Shown: positions 29,606 through 39,400, counted from the stretch's first letter. The stretch: DNA of 64,000 nucleotides from Spirochaetota bacterium (GCA_050298055.1 JBNKTL010000011.1:35206-99205), one strand, 5' to 3'. The notes: generated by a model from the letters alone, not told the origin. Numbers and translations are program-made.

Positions 29606-30367
29606 ATGAGCGACAAACTCAATAAGCTGTCCGATTTTTTCGGTAAAAATAATAAAGTCATCATTATCTGCGTTACGGCCCTTATCGGGATCTTTATGAT
29701 AACCGGCGCCTTTTTAAACAGGAATGAATCCTTTAATATTATCAGCGTTACGGGACACGGGAAGAAGAACTTTACCTCGGATTTTATTGTCTGGTCCGGC
29801 AGTTTCACCCGGCTGGATAAAAACCTGAAAGACGCCTACAGGTCCCTGAAAAAAGATGAAAATATTATTACGGATTTTCTGAAAAAAAATAAAATTAATG
29901 AGGATGAAGTTATTATCTCCGCCACAAAGATCAGCAAGAAGTATGAAACAATCCATGATAAAAACAACAACTATATGCAAAAATTCCAGGGATACATCCT
30001 TACCAAGGACATTAAAATAGAATCAAAAAATGTTAACAAAATTGAAAGTCTCTCTCGGAAAATATCGGAAATTATCAACCGGGGGGTTGAATTACATTCA
30101 TACGAACCCCAGTATTTTTATACACAGCTTGCCCAGTTGAAAATCAGGATGATTGCCGAGGCAACTGAGGACGCGAGAAAAAGGGCCGAGACCATCGCCG
30201 AAAAATCAAAGGCGTCCCTGGGAAAATTAAAATATTCCCGGATGGGTGTCTTCCAGATAATCGGGCAGAATTCAAATGAGAGCTTTACCTCCGGCGGAAC
30301 ATATAATACTTCATCAAAAAATAAAACAGCGGTGATTACAATGAAGCTGCAGTACCGGATCGATTAG
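29606..30367 (+). CDS. SIMPL-domain (DUF541) protein
   Basis: N-terminal TM, 'ISVTG', 'MIAEATEDARKRAE.IA..S...LG.L....G.FQI'. Confidence 0.88.
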   Translation: MSDKLNKLSDFFGKNNKVIIICVTALIGIFMITGAFLNRNESFNIISVTGHGKKNFTSDFIVWSGSFTRLDKNLKDAYRSLKKDENIITDFLKKNKINEDEVIISATKISKKYETIHDKNNNYMQKFQGYILTKDIKIESKNVNKIESLSRKISEIINRGVELHSYEPQYFYTQLAQLKIRMIAEATEDARKRAETIAEKSKASLGKLKYSRMGVFQIIGQNSNESFTSGGTYNTSSKNKTAVITMKLQYRID

Positions 30368-30378
30368 ACGGGATTTTT

Positions 30379-31476
30379 TTATGTCATTCTGCAGATACCG
30401 GTCCCGTCAACCTGGAAATATTCTCCTTTGCCGCACTCTTTGCACAGGACCCGGTCGTCCCGTACTATTTCCTTTCCTCCCATAATGCTCTCTTTGCAGC
30501 TTGTGCAGGTTACGCTTTTCCTGATAGGGGCGTAACCGGGGACCGGAACATCAACATCCTTCATGATAAAAAGATCATCTGCGGGCCATGTTATCACATT
30601 AAAAGAGGCCTCCAACGCAGCCGCCTTATAAAGGGACAGGCTCTCCTCGTCTCTTTCTCCCTCGATGATGACCTTTTTAAAAATTTTATGAAATTCGGGG
30701 CAGTCCCGGGAAAGCCGCTCAAAGAGGTCTCCCTTAAGGACCAGGCGGACCCCTTTCCCGCTGCGGTTAAAGATGGTTACCGCGGTTTTCCCCAGGTCCC
30801 GGTAGATCAGGCTGTTGTTTCCCAGGGTGCATCCCGTTACCCACTGGATCCCGTCGGCAAAGCAGCTGTTGATCTCAACCACGGCAATGAGTTTTTCCAT
30901 TCCCTGGCTGAAGATGTCCAGGTGCCGGAGACCGGTGAGTGCGGCCATGACCCCCAGGGCCAGTCCCGGGCAGTAGTGGCCGTGGAGCATTCCGGCGCTT
31001 GTTAAAAGTTCCCTGATTTTATTGTTCTTTATAAGGGGTACCAGTTCCCTCCGGGGATTTTTGTGGAGAGCGGTTTCATCCGCCCCGTTATCTTTCTCTT
31101 CTGTATACGGGAGGGCCGGTTTAATGTCGATTACCGGGGTGCCGTCAATGGCATCCAGCCCCGTGACTATCAGGCTGCAATCCTCGACTTTTATCACCTT
31201 TACCCGGGAGATGCCGATGGGGGTGGGGCGCCGGGGACTGCGGGAGGCAAAGACCCCTTTTTTTTCTCCGAAGTAATTTGTCAGCTTCAGCTTATACCCT
31301 TCACTTTCGTGAAAAGAGAAAAGCACCTCCAGCCGGTCCCCTTCAGTGATATCAAAGAGCCCTTCTTTGAATTTGGGATCAACATCAATTCTGCTCTCCT
31401 GTTCTTTCATTTTAAAGGGGTCATGGGGGGCCGTGAATTGACTTCTGATGGTTCCGATCTCTGTGAGTTTGAGCAT
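30379..31476 (-). CDS. TrmO/TsaA-like domain fused to FmdE domain and Zn finger
   Basis: 'GVFASRSPRRPTPIG', 'GLDAIDGTPVIDIKP'; then 'HGHYCPG', 'CFADGIQ..TGCTLG', 'CTSC..CKEC'. Confidence 0.9.
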   Translation of the reverse strand: MLKLTEIGTIRSQFTAPHDPFKMKEQESRIDVDPKFKEGLFDITEGDRLEVLFSFHESEGYKLKLTNYFGEKKGVFASRSPRRPTPIGISRVKVIKVEDCSLIVTGLDAIDGTPVIDIKPALPYTEEKDNGADETALHKNPRRELVPLIKNNKIRELLTSAGMLHGHYCPGLALGVMAALTGLRHLDIFSQGMEKLIAVVEINSCFADGIQWVTGCTLGNNSLIYRDLGKTAVTIFNRSGKGVRLVLKGDLFERLSRDCPEFHKIFKKVIIEGERDEESLSLYKAAALEASFNVITWPADDLFIMKDVDVPVPGYAPIRKSVTCTSCKESIMGGKEIVRDDRVLCKECGKGEYFQVDGTGICRMT

Positions 31477-31488
31477 AGTATCTCCTTA

Positions 31489-32241
31489 TTAAACCGGTAC
31501 AATATGTTGGTAGTCTTTAAATTCATGAAGATTTACCTTCACATGATAGACTTCTTCAATGATCTCCGGAGTCACTTCAGGGGGGGTGACATTGGCAAAA
31601 ACTTTTCCTTCTTTTAAAAAGACCAGCCGGTGAGAGTATCTCAGGGCAATGTTAATGTCATGTACGGACATGACCACCGATACATGGTGGTCCCTGATAA
31701 TATCCCCCAGAAGAATAAGAATTTCATGGGAATTTTTCAGGTCCAGGCTGCTCACCGGTTCATCCATGAGCAGAACTTCCGGTTCCTGTACCAGTGCCCG
31801 TGCAATGACCGCCTTTTGCAGTTCTCCACCGCTGACCTGGTGTGTGTATTTCAGTGCCAGTCTTCGAAGGTCCATTTTTTCCAGAAGGCCGGTGACCATC
31901 TGCAGGTCTTTTTCACCGGTGGTAAAGCTGATATACGGTTTTCGTCCCAGGAGGACCATGTCAAAAATCGTAAGACCCCCCGCCTCAAAACGCTGGGGAA
32001 CATAACCGATCTCATGGGCGATCTCTTTCCGGGAGTATTCTTTGATATTCCGGTCCTTTATAAATATCTCACCCTCCCGGGGGGTAAGGATCCTGTTCAT
32101 GCAGCGGAGGAGTGTTGTCTTCCCGGCGCCGTTGGGCCCCAGTATGCTGACGCATTCATGCTCCCCCACGGTGAAGCTGACACCATCCAGTATTTTACTC
32201 TTTTTATAGGAAAAGGAGAGATCATCAATGGTCATCAGCAT
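31489..32241 (-). CDS. Metal-chelate ABC transporter ATPase (FecE/BtuD-like)
   Basis: 'GPNGAGKTT', 'SGGELQ', 'LLMDEP', 'HDIN'. Confidence 0.93.
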   Translation of the reverse strand: MLMTIDDLSFSYKKSKILDGVSFTVGEHECVSILGPNGAGKTTLLRCMNRILTPREGEIFIKDRNIKEYSRKEIAHEIGYVPQRFEAGGLTIFDMVLLGRKPYISFTTGEKDLQMVTGLLEKMDLRRLALKYTHQVSGGELQKAVIARALVQEPEVLLMDEPVSSLDLKNSHEILILLGDIIRDHHVSVVMSVHDINIALRYSHRLVFLKEGKVFANVTPPEVTPEIIEEVYHVKVNLHEFKDYQHIVPV

Positions 32242-32244
32242 GGC

Positions 32245-33318
32245 TTATCTTCTCTGCCCCCTGATAATGAGAAAGATAAAGACAGGCCCGCCCAGAAAAG
32301 ATGTCAGAATGGCCACAGGGAGGGTATGGGGCAGCAGGACCGTTCGCGCGCAGGTGTCCGATATTATCAGAAGGATCCCCCCCGTGAGGAGAGTCAGGGG
32401 CAGCAGGTAGTGGTGGTCGGAACCGATGATCCGCCTGGCAATATGAGGACAGATGAGTCCGATAAATCCGATGATCCCCAGAAAGGCAATAACAACGGCA
32501 GTGAGGAGTGCCACAATGAAAAGTGTCATCATGCGCAGGAGAGGCACGTTGACCCCCAGGCTGAGGGCCGTTTCATCACCGGCATGAAGGGTGTTGTAGT
32601 TCCAGATATTCCAGGCAAAATAGAGCAGTGCACTGAAGACCACACCGGTCATGATCACCAGTTCCTTCCAGCCGGCCCGGGCGGTGTCGCCGAATGTCCA
32701 GAAGACCATTGCGGCCAGCTGATGGTCCTCGGCAAAATACTGTAGTACCATGGTACCGGCGGTGTAGAGTGTTCCCAGGGCCACCCCTGACAGGATCATA
32801 ACCTCCGGGGCGGCTTTGCGTATCCTTGATATAAGGAGGATTATCCCCGCGGTAAGCAGGCAAAAACAGAAAGCCGTAAAGGAGGTCAGATAGTGATGGG
32901 TTATTTTCACTGCTTCCTGTGCAGTGCTCTGCATACTTCCCGTTCCGAGAACCATGACGGCAAAAGCGGCCCCGAAAGCTGCCGCGTGGGAGATCCCCAG
33001 GGTAAAGGGTGATCCCAGGGGATTGTTGAGAATAGACTGCATGACGAGACCCGCCACAGCAAGCCCCGCTCCCGCAACAAGAGCCGTGAGTGTCCGGGGA
33101 AGTCTGATGTTCCAGATAATAAGATGTTCCTTGTGGGTAACTTCTGAAAAAGTGAGGGCCCTGAACACCTTAAGAGGTGATATCTGTACGGCGCCGAGAG
33201 ATATGGATAGGGTAAAAGCCGCTATCAGGAGCAGGAGAGCAAGAAGGATAAGAAAATTTTTTTTATTGATGAATCTCCTGTACTCTCCCGAAACGCTTTC
33301 CTGAAGAATGTGCATCAC
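32245..33318 (-). CDS. FecCD/BtuC-family ABC permease
   Basis: 'IRLPR', 'NPLGSPFTLGIS', 'GDETALSLGV', 'IGFIGL..PH'. Confidence 0.93.
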   Translation of the reverse strand: MMHILQESVSGEYRRFINKKNFLILLALLLLIAAFTLSISLGAVQISPLKVFRALTFSEVTHKEHLIIWNIRLPRTLTALVAGAGLAVAGLVMQSILNNPLGSPFTLGISHAAAFGAAFAVMVLGTGSMQSTAQEAVKITHHYLTSFTAFCFCLLTAGIILLISRIRKAAPEVMILSGVALGTLYTAGTMVLQYFAEDHQLAAMVFWTFGDTARAGWKELVIMTGVVFSALLYFAWNIWNYNTLHAGDETALSLGVNVPLLRMMTLFIVALLTAVVIAFLGIIGFIGLICPHIARRIIGSDHHYLLPLTLLTGGILLIISDTCARTVLLPHTLPVAILTSFLGGPVFIFLIIRGQRR

Positions 33319-34448
33319 TTCTTCTTTCTCACGGATATTTTTTTAAAGACCATTTTCCCGAACTGTTTGTTCATCTCCTGAAAGACCTCTTTCCCGATTA
33401 AAAAGCGGTATATCTCATCTGTTTTTTTCACGGGATCGATATCACTGAAAGCCTTCGGATGAAGGATCTTGCCGATATAATAGGCATTCCCCAGAATGGA
33501 CCCGAAGTTTTTTGTATACCAGTTATAGGGGAGAAGCCCGTGCACATTCCCCTTTTTAACGGCGCCCAGTTCTCTGTAGAGCGGATCATTCCTGATCTCA
33601 TAAAGGGCGTTGGCCCCCGCGTCATTCTGCAGGGTGGAGAGATCAACAAAGACCAGTTCCGGGTCCCAGCGGATAATCATCTCCTTTGCCACATCGGCGT
33701 GGGCAAGCTCTTTGGGACTTTTTTTCCTGTCAAAGGCCACATTATTGGCGTTGACCATTTTAAAGGGCGGATAGGCGGGCTCTGTGGATTGAAATCCGTG
33801 AGGGCCTTTGTAAGCAATCCCTCCCACGTAACAGGCCGTCCCGGGACCTTTTTTCTTCTCCCCGGCCCTTTTTTTCAGATCATCCATGGTCCGGTTAAAA
33901 AAATCTACCACTTCCCGGGCCCTTTCCTCAAGGCCCAGCACTTTCCCCATGATGGTCAGGGCCTGGTAAAGGTCCTTTCTGTGATACCCGAGGTCCCCGT
34001 AGTTAAGGACCACAACGGGGATGCCTGTTTTTGCCTGCAGTTTTTCGGGGTTCGTTCCCATTATAGGGTATGTTTTAAAGATAACCTGGGGGGCCGGGTC
34101 AAGGCCCAGTATTATTTCGGGATTGTCCTCTCCCCGGAATTCACCAAATACAGGATATTTCTTAAACTGTTTGTTGGCCAGGGCGTAGGGGCGGGCGTCA
34201 ATTTTCTGTTTGTTTACCTCCATACTGTCCACGGCAACGGCCCTTTTCTGGGCCTGAAGGTAGGTGAGAAGCCGTAAAGACCCGGGTCCCGAACAGATCA
34301 CCCTTTCCGGATGCAGGGGGAGGGCCACTTTTCGTCCAATGGCATCGGTTATGGTCACCTGCTTGCTCTTTTTTTCAGGATTGTTCTTATTACAGGCTGT
34401 CATTATGAGAAATAATATTAAGACTGATAGATATATTCTTTTCTTCAT
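33315..34448 (-). CDS. Metal-chelate ABC substrate-binding lipoprotein (class III)
   Basis: Lipobox 'MTAC', 'ITDAIGRKV', 'PERVI'; first gene of the operon. Confidence 0.9.
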   Translation of the reverse strand: MKKRIYLSVLILFLIMTACNKNNPEKKSKQVTITDAIGRKVALPLHPERVICSGPGSLRLLTYLQAQKRAVAVDSMEVNKQKIDARPYALANKQFKKYPVFGEFRGEDNPEIILGLDPAPQVIFKTYPIMGTNPEKLQAKTGIPVVVLNYGDLGYHRKDLYQALTIMGKVLGLEERAREVVDFFNRTMDDLKKRAGEKKKGPGTACYVGGIAYKGPHGFQSTEPAYPPFKMVNANNVAFDRKKSPKELAHADVAKEMIIRWDPELVFVDLSTLQNDAGANALYEIRNDPLYRELGAVKKGNVHGLLPYNWYTKNFGSILGNAYYIGKILHPKAFSDIDPVKKTDEIYRFLIGKEVFQEMNKQFGKMVFKKISVRKKK

Positions 34449-34469
34449 GGTTCATCCTCTATTACAGGA

Positions 34470-34526
34470 GTGTTACGAAAAACAAAATTGTGTTCCCTAC
34501 TAAATTTTTTTTCTGAAAATTGTCAA
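34470..34526 (-). promoter_or_regulatory. Promoter (TTGACA at 34526-34521) with a downstream GTGTTAC-N13-GTGTTCC site (possible NikR-type operator)
   Basis: Both motifs are visible upstream of the ABC operon; the regulator assignment is inference. Confidence 0.4.
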
Positions 34527-34611
34527 GAGACTTTTTGTGAGATTATGGGCATGATTGAAAGACCGGGATAGAGCCCGGATCTGTTTTAAGGGAGAGATTT
34601 TCATTTTTTGG

Positions 34612-35079
34612 TTATATCCTGAGTCTTTTTATGATTTTATCTCCAGGATATCCCAATAATGAGATAAATAAGCGAACAGAACCCAGCATTCTCGAAATAT
34701 ATACAAAATTTCGATCATAGTTATCCAAGATTAATTTTGTATCTTTTGAATTACTTAAAATTTCAACCAGTTCATCAAGATAATTCCTGATTGCAAAAGC
34801 AATAAACCATGAAACAGAAAACTTGAAATTCCTCCGTAAATCCAGAAATTTCTCATAAAAAACTGAATCAATATTTATATGCTTCTTTTTCCAGACAATA
34901 AGTCCTTTGCCCCTCTCCTGATACCTGATCCTTTTATGGGGCATGGGCTCAAATTCATTTTTCCTGATGATCCGCGCAAGCAGGAGAGAGATTAATTCAT
35001 TCTTTGATAGATGCAGTGTATCCATTGCCTCTTCTAATCTTTCAAGCAGGTTCCTGTCAATATTAATGGTGGTCCTCAT
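34612..35079 (-). CDS. Ribbon-helix-helix protein, DUF1564-like
   Basis: 'MRTTINID..LL.RL', 'RYQ', 'YE..LDLR...KFSVS.FIAFAI..YL' pattern; AT-rich. Confidence 0.65.
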   Translation of the reverse strand: MRTTINIDRNLLERLEEAMDTLHLSKNELISLLLARIIRKNEFEPMPHKRIRYQERGKGLIVWKKKHINIDSVFYEKFLDLRRNFKFSVSWFIAFAIRNYLDELVEILSNSKDTKLILDNYDRNFVYISRMLGSVRLFISLLGYPGDKIIKRLRI

Positions 35080-35300
35080 AATGTTTAACCTTCCGGTATT
35101 TTTAGTTGGTAGAATTGCGATTATTCCACAATATTAATACGCTCCGGAACCAGGTTTGATAAAAACTTTTTTCAATTAAATAGCAATTTTCTCGGGGCAA
35201 TCCATACGTAAGGTAATTTTTATCATAAAATAAAGAAAATCTCTTGACAGCAGGCAGGATCTCAATGTATTTATGGTTTTCATTTTATAAAGGAAATTCT

Positions 35301-35402
35301 ATGGGTTCCAGAAGCTTAAACATCATCAGCAATTCTTTTAACATTGTCGTGCTTACACTGGTGGTGATCGTATGCTCTGATGCATACCGGTTTAGGCTGT
35401 AG
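35301..35402 (+). CDS. ilv operon leader peptide (33 aa)
   Basis: MGSRSLNIISNSFNIVVLTLVVIVCSDAYRFRL* with AAGGA RBS and a run of Ile/Val/Leu codons. Confidence 0.85.
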   Translation: MGSRSLNIISNSFNIVVLTLVVIVCSDAYRFRL

Positions 35403-35430
35403 GGACGCGATAATTAAACAGCAATAATCA

Positions 35431-35468
35431 AAAGCCCCTGCCGGCTAAACCGGCAGGGGCTTTTTTTA
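35431..35468 (+). terminator. Attenuator terminator of the ilvBN leader
   Basis: AAAGCCCCTGCCGG-CTAAA-CCGGCAGGGGC followed by a T run; CCGGTTTAG in the leader is complementary to CTAAACCGG in the hairpin. Confidence 0.9.
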
Positions 35469-35499
35469 TTGGCGGAAAAACCAGGGGAGGTCAAGAAAC

Positions 35500-37185
35500 A
35501 TGATAATGACAGGAGCTGAGATTATTGTAAAACTTCTTGAAGATGAAGGGATAAAAACCGTAACGGGAATTCCCGGGGGAGCGAACCTGCCTCTTTATAA
35601 CGCCCTTCATAAAAGTAAAATTATTCATATCCTTGCCCGGCATGAACAGGGTGCCGGCTTTATTTCACAGGGAATGGCCCGGTCAACGGGCAGGCCTGCG
35701 GTTACCCTTGCCACATCGGGACCGGGCGCAACAAATCTCATAACAGCCATTGCCGATGCTTATCTTGATTCCGTACCGCTGGTTGCAATTACCGGCCAGG
35801 TCCCCCTTTCCCTCATGGGGACAGACGCTTTCCAGGAAGTAGACACCCATGGACTCACACTTCCCGTAACAAAACATAATTTTCTCGTAAGAAAAATTTC
35901 CGAACTTCCGGATATTATACCTCTTGCATTGCATATAGCAGCCGGCGGCCGCCCGGGTCCTGTTGTTGTAGATGTTCCAAAGGACATTCAGCAGGAAAAA
36001 ATGGAAATCCACAGCTGGATAGAGCCGGAAAAAAGAAAACAGGATTTCAGGGTTGATCCCGGAACAATTCTCTCTGTAGCGAAAAAAATAAACAGTGCCA
36101 GGCGGCCTGTTCTCTCTGTTGGCGGAGGGGTCATTTCATCGGGTGCATCATCCTTTTTGAGAGAGCTCTCTCATAAAAATTCAATTCCCGTTTCAACAAC
36201 CCTTATGGGACTCGGTTCCTTTCCCTCTGATGATCCTCTGAATATCGGCATGCTCGGTATGCATGGTGAAAGGTTTACGAATATGCTTATCAATGACGCG
36301 GACCTGCTCCTGGCATGCGGGGTCCGTTTCGGAGACAGGACCACGGGTAAAATTGAAGAATTCTGTTCTCACGGTGATGTCATTCACATTGATATCGACC
36401 GCTCTGAAATTGACAAGATCAAAAAAGCGAACCTGTCAGTAGTGGGGGATATTTCTTCTGTGCTGGAAAGACTCATTCCCCATGTAAAAGAAAACAGGCG
36501 TATGAAATGGCTCTCACATCTTGCCGGTCTTAAACAGAGATATAACCATGACAATAACATGTCACAGGATATCCGCCACCCGAAACAGATTATAAAGGAG
36601 ATAAACAGTCTCCTGGACCCCGGGGCCATTGTTACCACAGATGTGGGGCAGCACCAGATGTGGGTGGCGCAGTCATACAGGTTTAAAAATCCAAGAACCT
36701 TCCTGACCTCCGGCGGGCTGGGGACAATGGGTTTTGGTCTTCCCGCGGCAATCGGCGCGGCAATCGCCAACCCGGAAAAGCAGGTGGTCTGCTTCAGCGG
36801 TGACGGTTCAATTCTCATGAACATCCAGGAGCTGGCCACCCTGGCCGATTATGAGCTGAATGTTAAAATCATCATCATGAACAACAACCAGCTCGGCCTT
36901 GTGAGGCAGCAGCAGGAGATGTTTTACGAAGGAAATTTTATTGCTACAAGTTTTAAAACAAATCCGGACTTTGCGGCAATCGGCAGAGAGTTCGGGATCA
37001 GGAGCCATAACCTGGAAAATGTCCGGGATTCATGGGGTGTTCTTTCAGAAGCTTTGCGGGATAAGGGCCCGGTGTTAATAAACATCCCCATCAGCAATGA
37101 GCTCAATGTTACTCCCATAGTCCCCCCGGGTTCGGCAAATATTCATATGATCGGAGGTGAGACAAATGAACAGAACGGTTATTGA
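35500..37185 (+). CDS. ilvB: Acetolactate synthase large subunit
   Basis: 'GIPGGA', 'RHEQGA', 'TSGPGATN', 'GTDAFQE', 'DVGQHQMW', TPP motif 'GDGS...NN'. Confidence 0.96.
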   Translation: MIMTGAEIIVKLLEDEGIKTVTGIPGGANLPLYNALHKSKIIHILARHEQGAGFISQGMARSTGRPAVTLATSGPGATNLITAIADAYLDSVPLVAITGQVPLSLMGTDAFQEVDTHGLTLPVTKHNFLVRKISELPDIIPLALHIAAGGRPGPVVVDVPKDIQQEKMEIHSWIEPEKRKQDFRVDPGTILSVAKKINSARRPVLSVGGGVISSGASSFLRELSHKNSIPVSTTLMGLGSFPSDDPLNIGMLGMHGERFTNMLINDADLLLACGVRFGDRTTGKIEEFCSHGDVIHIDIDRSEIDKIKKANLSVVGDISSVLERLIPHVKENRRMKWLSHLAGLKQRYNHDNNMSQDIRHPKQIIKEINSLLDPGAIVTTDVGQHQMWVAQSYRFKNPRTFLTSGGLGTMGFGLPAAIGAAIANPEKQVVCFSGDGSILMNIQELATLADYELNVKIIIMNNNQLGLVRQQQEMFYEGNFIATSFKTNPDFAAIGREFGIRSHNLENVRDSWGVLSEALRDKGPVLINIPISNELNVTPIVPPGSANIHMIGGETNEQNGY

Positions 37186-37465
37186 ACTGATCGTTAACAA
37201 CCATCCGGGGGTCATGTCAAAGGTGACCGGTCTTTTTTCCCGGCGCTCCTTTAACCTCGACGGGATTCTCTGTTCTCAGCTGGAGAACGCGGCGAAAAGC
37301 AAAATATTTCTCCTTGTGAAAAACAGTGAATGCCTCGATCAGGTTGTGAGGCAGCTGGAAAAACTCTATGATATTCACGAGGTCTCTCTGCATGACGACT
37401 ACGCGCTGGATATTTTCAATAAACTCGGCTGTTACTGTAACGGGGAAGGGGATAATAAAAAATAA
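37166..37465 (+). CDS. ilvN: Acetolactate synthase small (ACT) subunit, short IlvN type
   Basis: 'VNNHPGVMS..TGLFSRRSFNLDGI', 'QLEKL.D'. Confidence 0.9.
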   Translation: MNRTVIELIVNNHPGVMSKVTGLFSRRSFNLDGILCSQLENAAKSKIFLLVKNSECLDQVVRQLEKLYDIHEVSLHDDYALDIFNKLGCYCNGEGDNKK

Positions 37466-37536
37466 ATACTTGATAAATCCCTGAGTCTCCTCTACTTTCT
37501 CCCTTGCATAAGTTTTTTGACAGGGGTTTACACCTT

Positions 37537-38046
37537 ATGAAGAGAGATAAGTGCTATGAAAATTATCCATACTGGATCCCCTCTGTTGCGGCTCTTTTTC
37601 AAATGTCAGTAATCCTGCTCGGTGCGGTCATTATTTTCAGACTCGGGTTAATCGGGTTTATCTTGTACCTCCTTTTTATTGTTGCAATGGAATTGCGTCT
37701 TTTAAAAAAAAGCTGTACCAACTGTTATTACTATGGGAAAATCTGTTTTTCTGCAAAAGGGAAGCTCTGTTCCCTGCTCTTTACAAAAGGAGATCCGGAG
37801 ATCTTTGCCGGTATGAAGATAACATTTAAAGATATTCTTCCCGATATTCTTGTTTCGGCAATTCCGGTTGTTGCCGGAATAGTCCTCTTAATAAGAGATT
37901 TTCAATGGTTTCTGCTGTTTATAATCCTCTCCCTGGTTTTTCTGACGTTTTTTGGGAACGGACTGATACGGGGCTCACTGGCATGCAGGTTCTGTAAACA
38001 GAGGGAAACCGGCTGTCCCGCTGAACAGTTCTTCAATAAAGAGTGA
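37537..38046 (+). CDS. Hypothetical 4-TM membrane protein with two Cys clusters
   Basis: 'SCTNCYYYGKIC.....KLC' and 'ACRFCKQRETGCP'. Confidence 0.75.
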   Translation: MKRDKCYENYPYWIPSVAALFQMSVILLGAVIIFRLGLIGFILYLLFIVAMELRLLKKSCTNCYYYGKICFSAKGKLCSLLFTKGDPEIFAGMKITFKDILPDILVSAIPVVAGIVLLIRDFQWFLLFIILSLVFLTFFGNGLIRGSLACRFCKQRETGCPAEQFFNKE

Positions 38047-38079
38047 TAATGAGGTTGTCCGGAAATAATGAAAATTCAC

Positions 38080-38331
38080 TCAGGGAGATATCTTCTTTTT
38101 ATAGAGTTCCATTCGCGCATGGTTGGAGCAGATCCCCAGGTCATATATTGCCCGTGTTGATTTGTCTTCCGGGTCGATCTTTTTAAAGCCGGAACATATG
38201 AGGCAGGAATTTTCCCTGTATTCCGGGTTATCAATCATCTCCTCGGCACTTCTCAGTTCCTCTTTGGTGATCATGTTTGATTTTCTGAATATTATGCTGC
38301 AGAGATCGCAGCTTTTCTCTTTGCCACTCAT
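38080..38331 (-). CDS. Small hypothetical Cys/His protein (possible Zn finger)
   Basis: CDLC, CLIC and CSNH motifs in 83 aa; AGGTG RBS. Confidence 0.6.
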   Translation of the reverse strand: MSGKEKSCDLCSIIFRKSNMITKEELRSAEEMIDNPEYRENSCLICSGFKKIDPEDKSTRAIYDLGICSNHARMELYKKKISP

Positions 38332-38618
38332 TTTTTTTCACCTGTTGGATGCTTGTATGATACCACAGTTCTTACCCTCCTAAAATAGCATGAATTTTAT
38401 CATTGAGTCAATAATTTTTATTATGAATAGTATTATTTAATGAGTTCCCGGTAACTCATTACGAGTAAATTATCCTGGTAAATTACAGGAAAGTAATGAG
38501 AAGAAACTTTGTTGATTTTTTTCCCGGTGACTTTATTCTACCGGATACAGAATAATCTTTTCCAACTGAAAACCGGGAGGAATAAAATGAAATATATCCA
38601 GTACACCGGACATCAATA

Positions 38619-39350
38619 ATGAGTCACTTTGAAAAATGCTCCGATTTCTATAAAGCGGGAAGACCGGGTTATCCGGAGGAACTCTACGGCTATCTCTATT
38701 CTCTCTGTGAAAACCATGAGCTCGCCTGGGATGCGGGATGCGGAACGGGCCAGGCAACTGTTGTCCTGGCGAAATACTTCCGGAAAGTCATCGGGACTGA
38801 CATCAGCAAAAGTCAGATTGGAAACGCGGAAAAACATGAAAGAGTGGAATATTCGGTACAGCCTGCGGAAAAGACAGATATTGAAGAGAAGAGTGTCGAT
38901 CTTGTTACGGTTGCAACGGCACTGCACTGGTTTGAACATGAGAAATTCTGGGAAGAAATCAAAAGGGTCCTGAAACCGAAGGGGGTTTTTGCCGCCTGGG
39001 GCTACTCCTGGTTTAGAATTGATGAGAAGCTGGACTTCACCATTAAAAAGGTTCTGCTGGAAAAGATAGACCCATTCTGGCCGGAAAGGGTAAAGCTCCT
39101 CTGGGACGGGTACAGGAAACTGGAAATACCCCTGGAAAGGATATCGGGGCCGGTCTACAGGCTCAACGTGAAGTGGAACTACAGGCAGCTTCTCCTCTAT
39201 CTTGAGAGCTGGTCTGCCGTAGAAAAAGCGAAGAGTGAGTATGGTCCTCAATTTATTGATGATGTTAAAGAAGCCATTTTATCTGCCTGGGGGAATGAAG
39301 AAGTTCAGAAAGAAGTCAGGATGGATGTTGTAACTACTGTCCACGTGTAA
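38619..39350 (+). CDS. Class I SAM-dependent methyltransferase
   Basis: 'Y...RP.YP', 'WDAGCGTGQ', 'DLVTVA.ALHWF', 'LKPKG'. Confidence 0.93.
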   Translation: MSHFEKCSDFYKAGRPGYPEELYGYLYSLCENHELAWDAGCGTGQATVVLAKYFRKVIGTDISKSQIGNAEKHERVEYSVQPAEKTDIEEKSVDLVTVATALHWFEHEKFWEEIKRVLKPKGVFAAWGYSWFRIDEKLDFTIKKVLLEKIDPFWPERVKLLWDGYRKLEIPLERISGPVYRLNVKWNYRQLLLYLESWSAVEKAKSEYGPQFIDDVKEAILSAWGNEEVQKEVRMDVVTTVHV

Positions 39351-39400
39351 TAATATCATGATCAGAAATGAAGATGATTATACCCGCACCGGGAGGAAAC

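Noticed and set aside
31630..34277. Plus-strand ORFs of 371 aa and 272 aa
   Set aside because: Antisense to well-supported ABC transporter genes.
34449..34611. Cobalamin riboswitch ahead of the Btu/Fec-like operon
   Set aside because: The spacer is short, the promoter lies close to the start codon, and no B12-box motifs are present.
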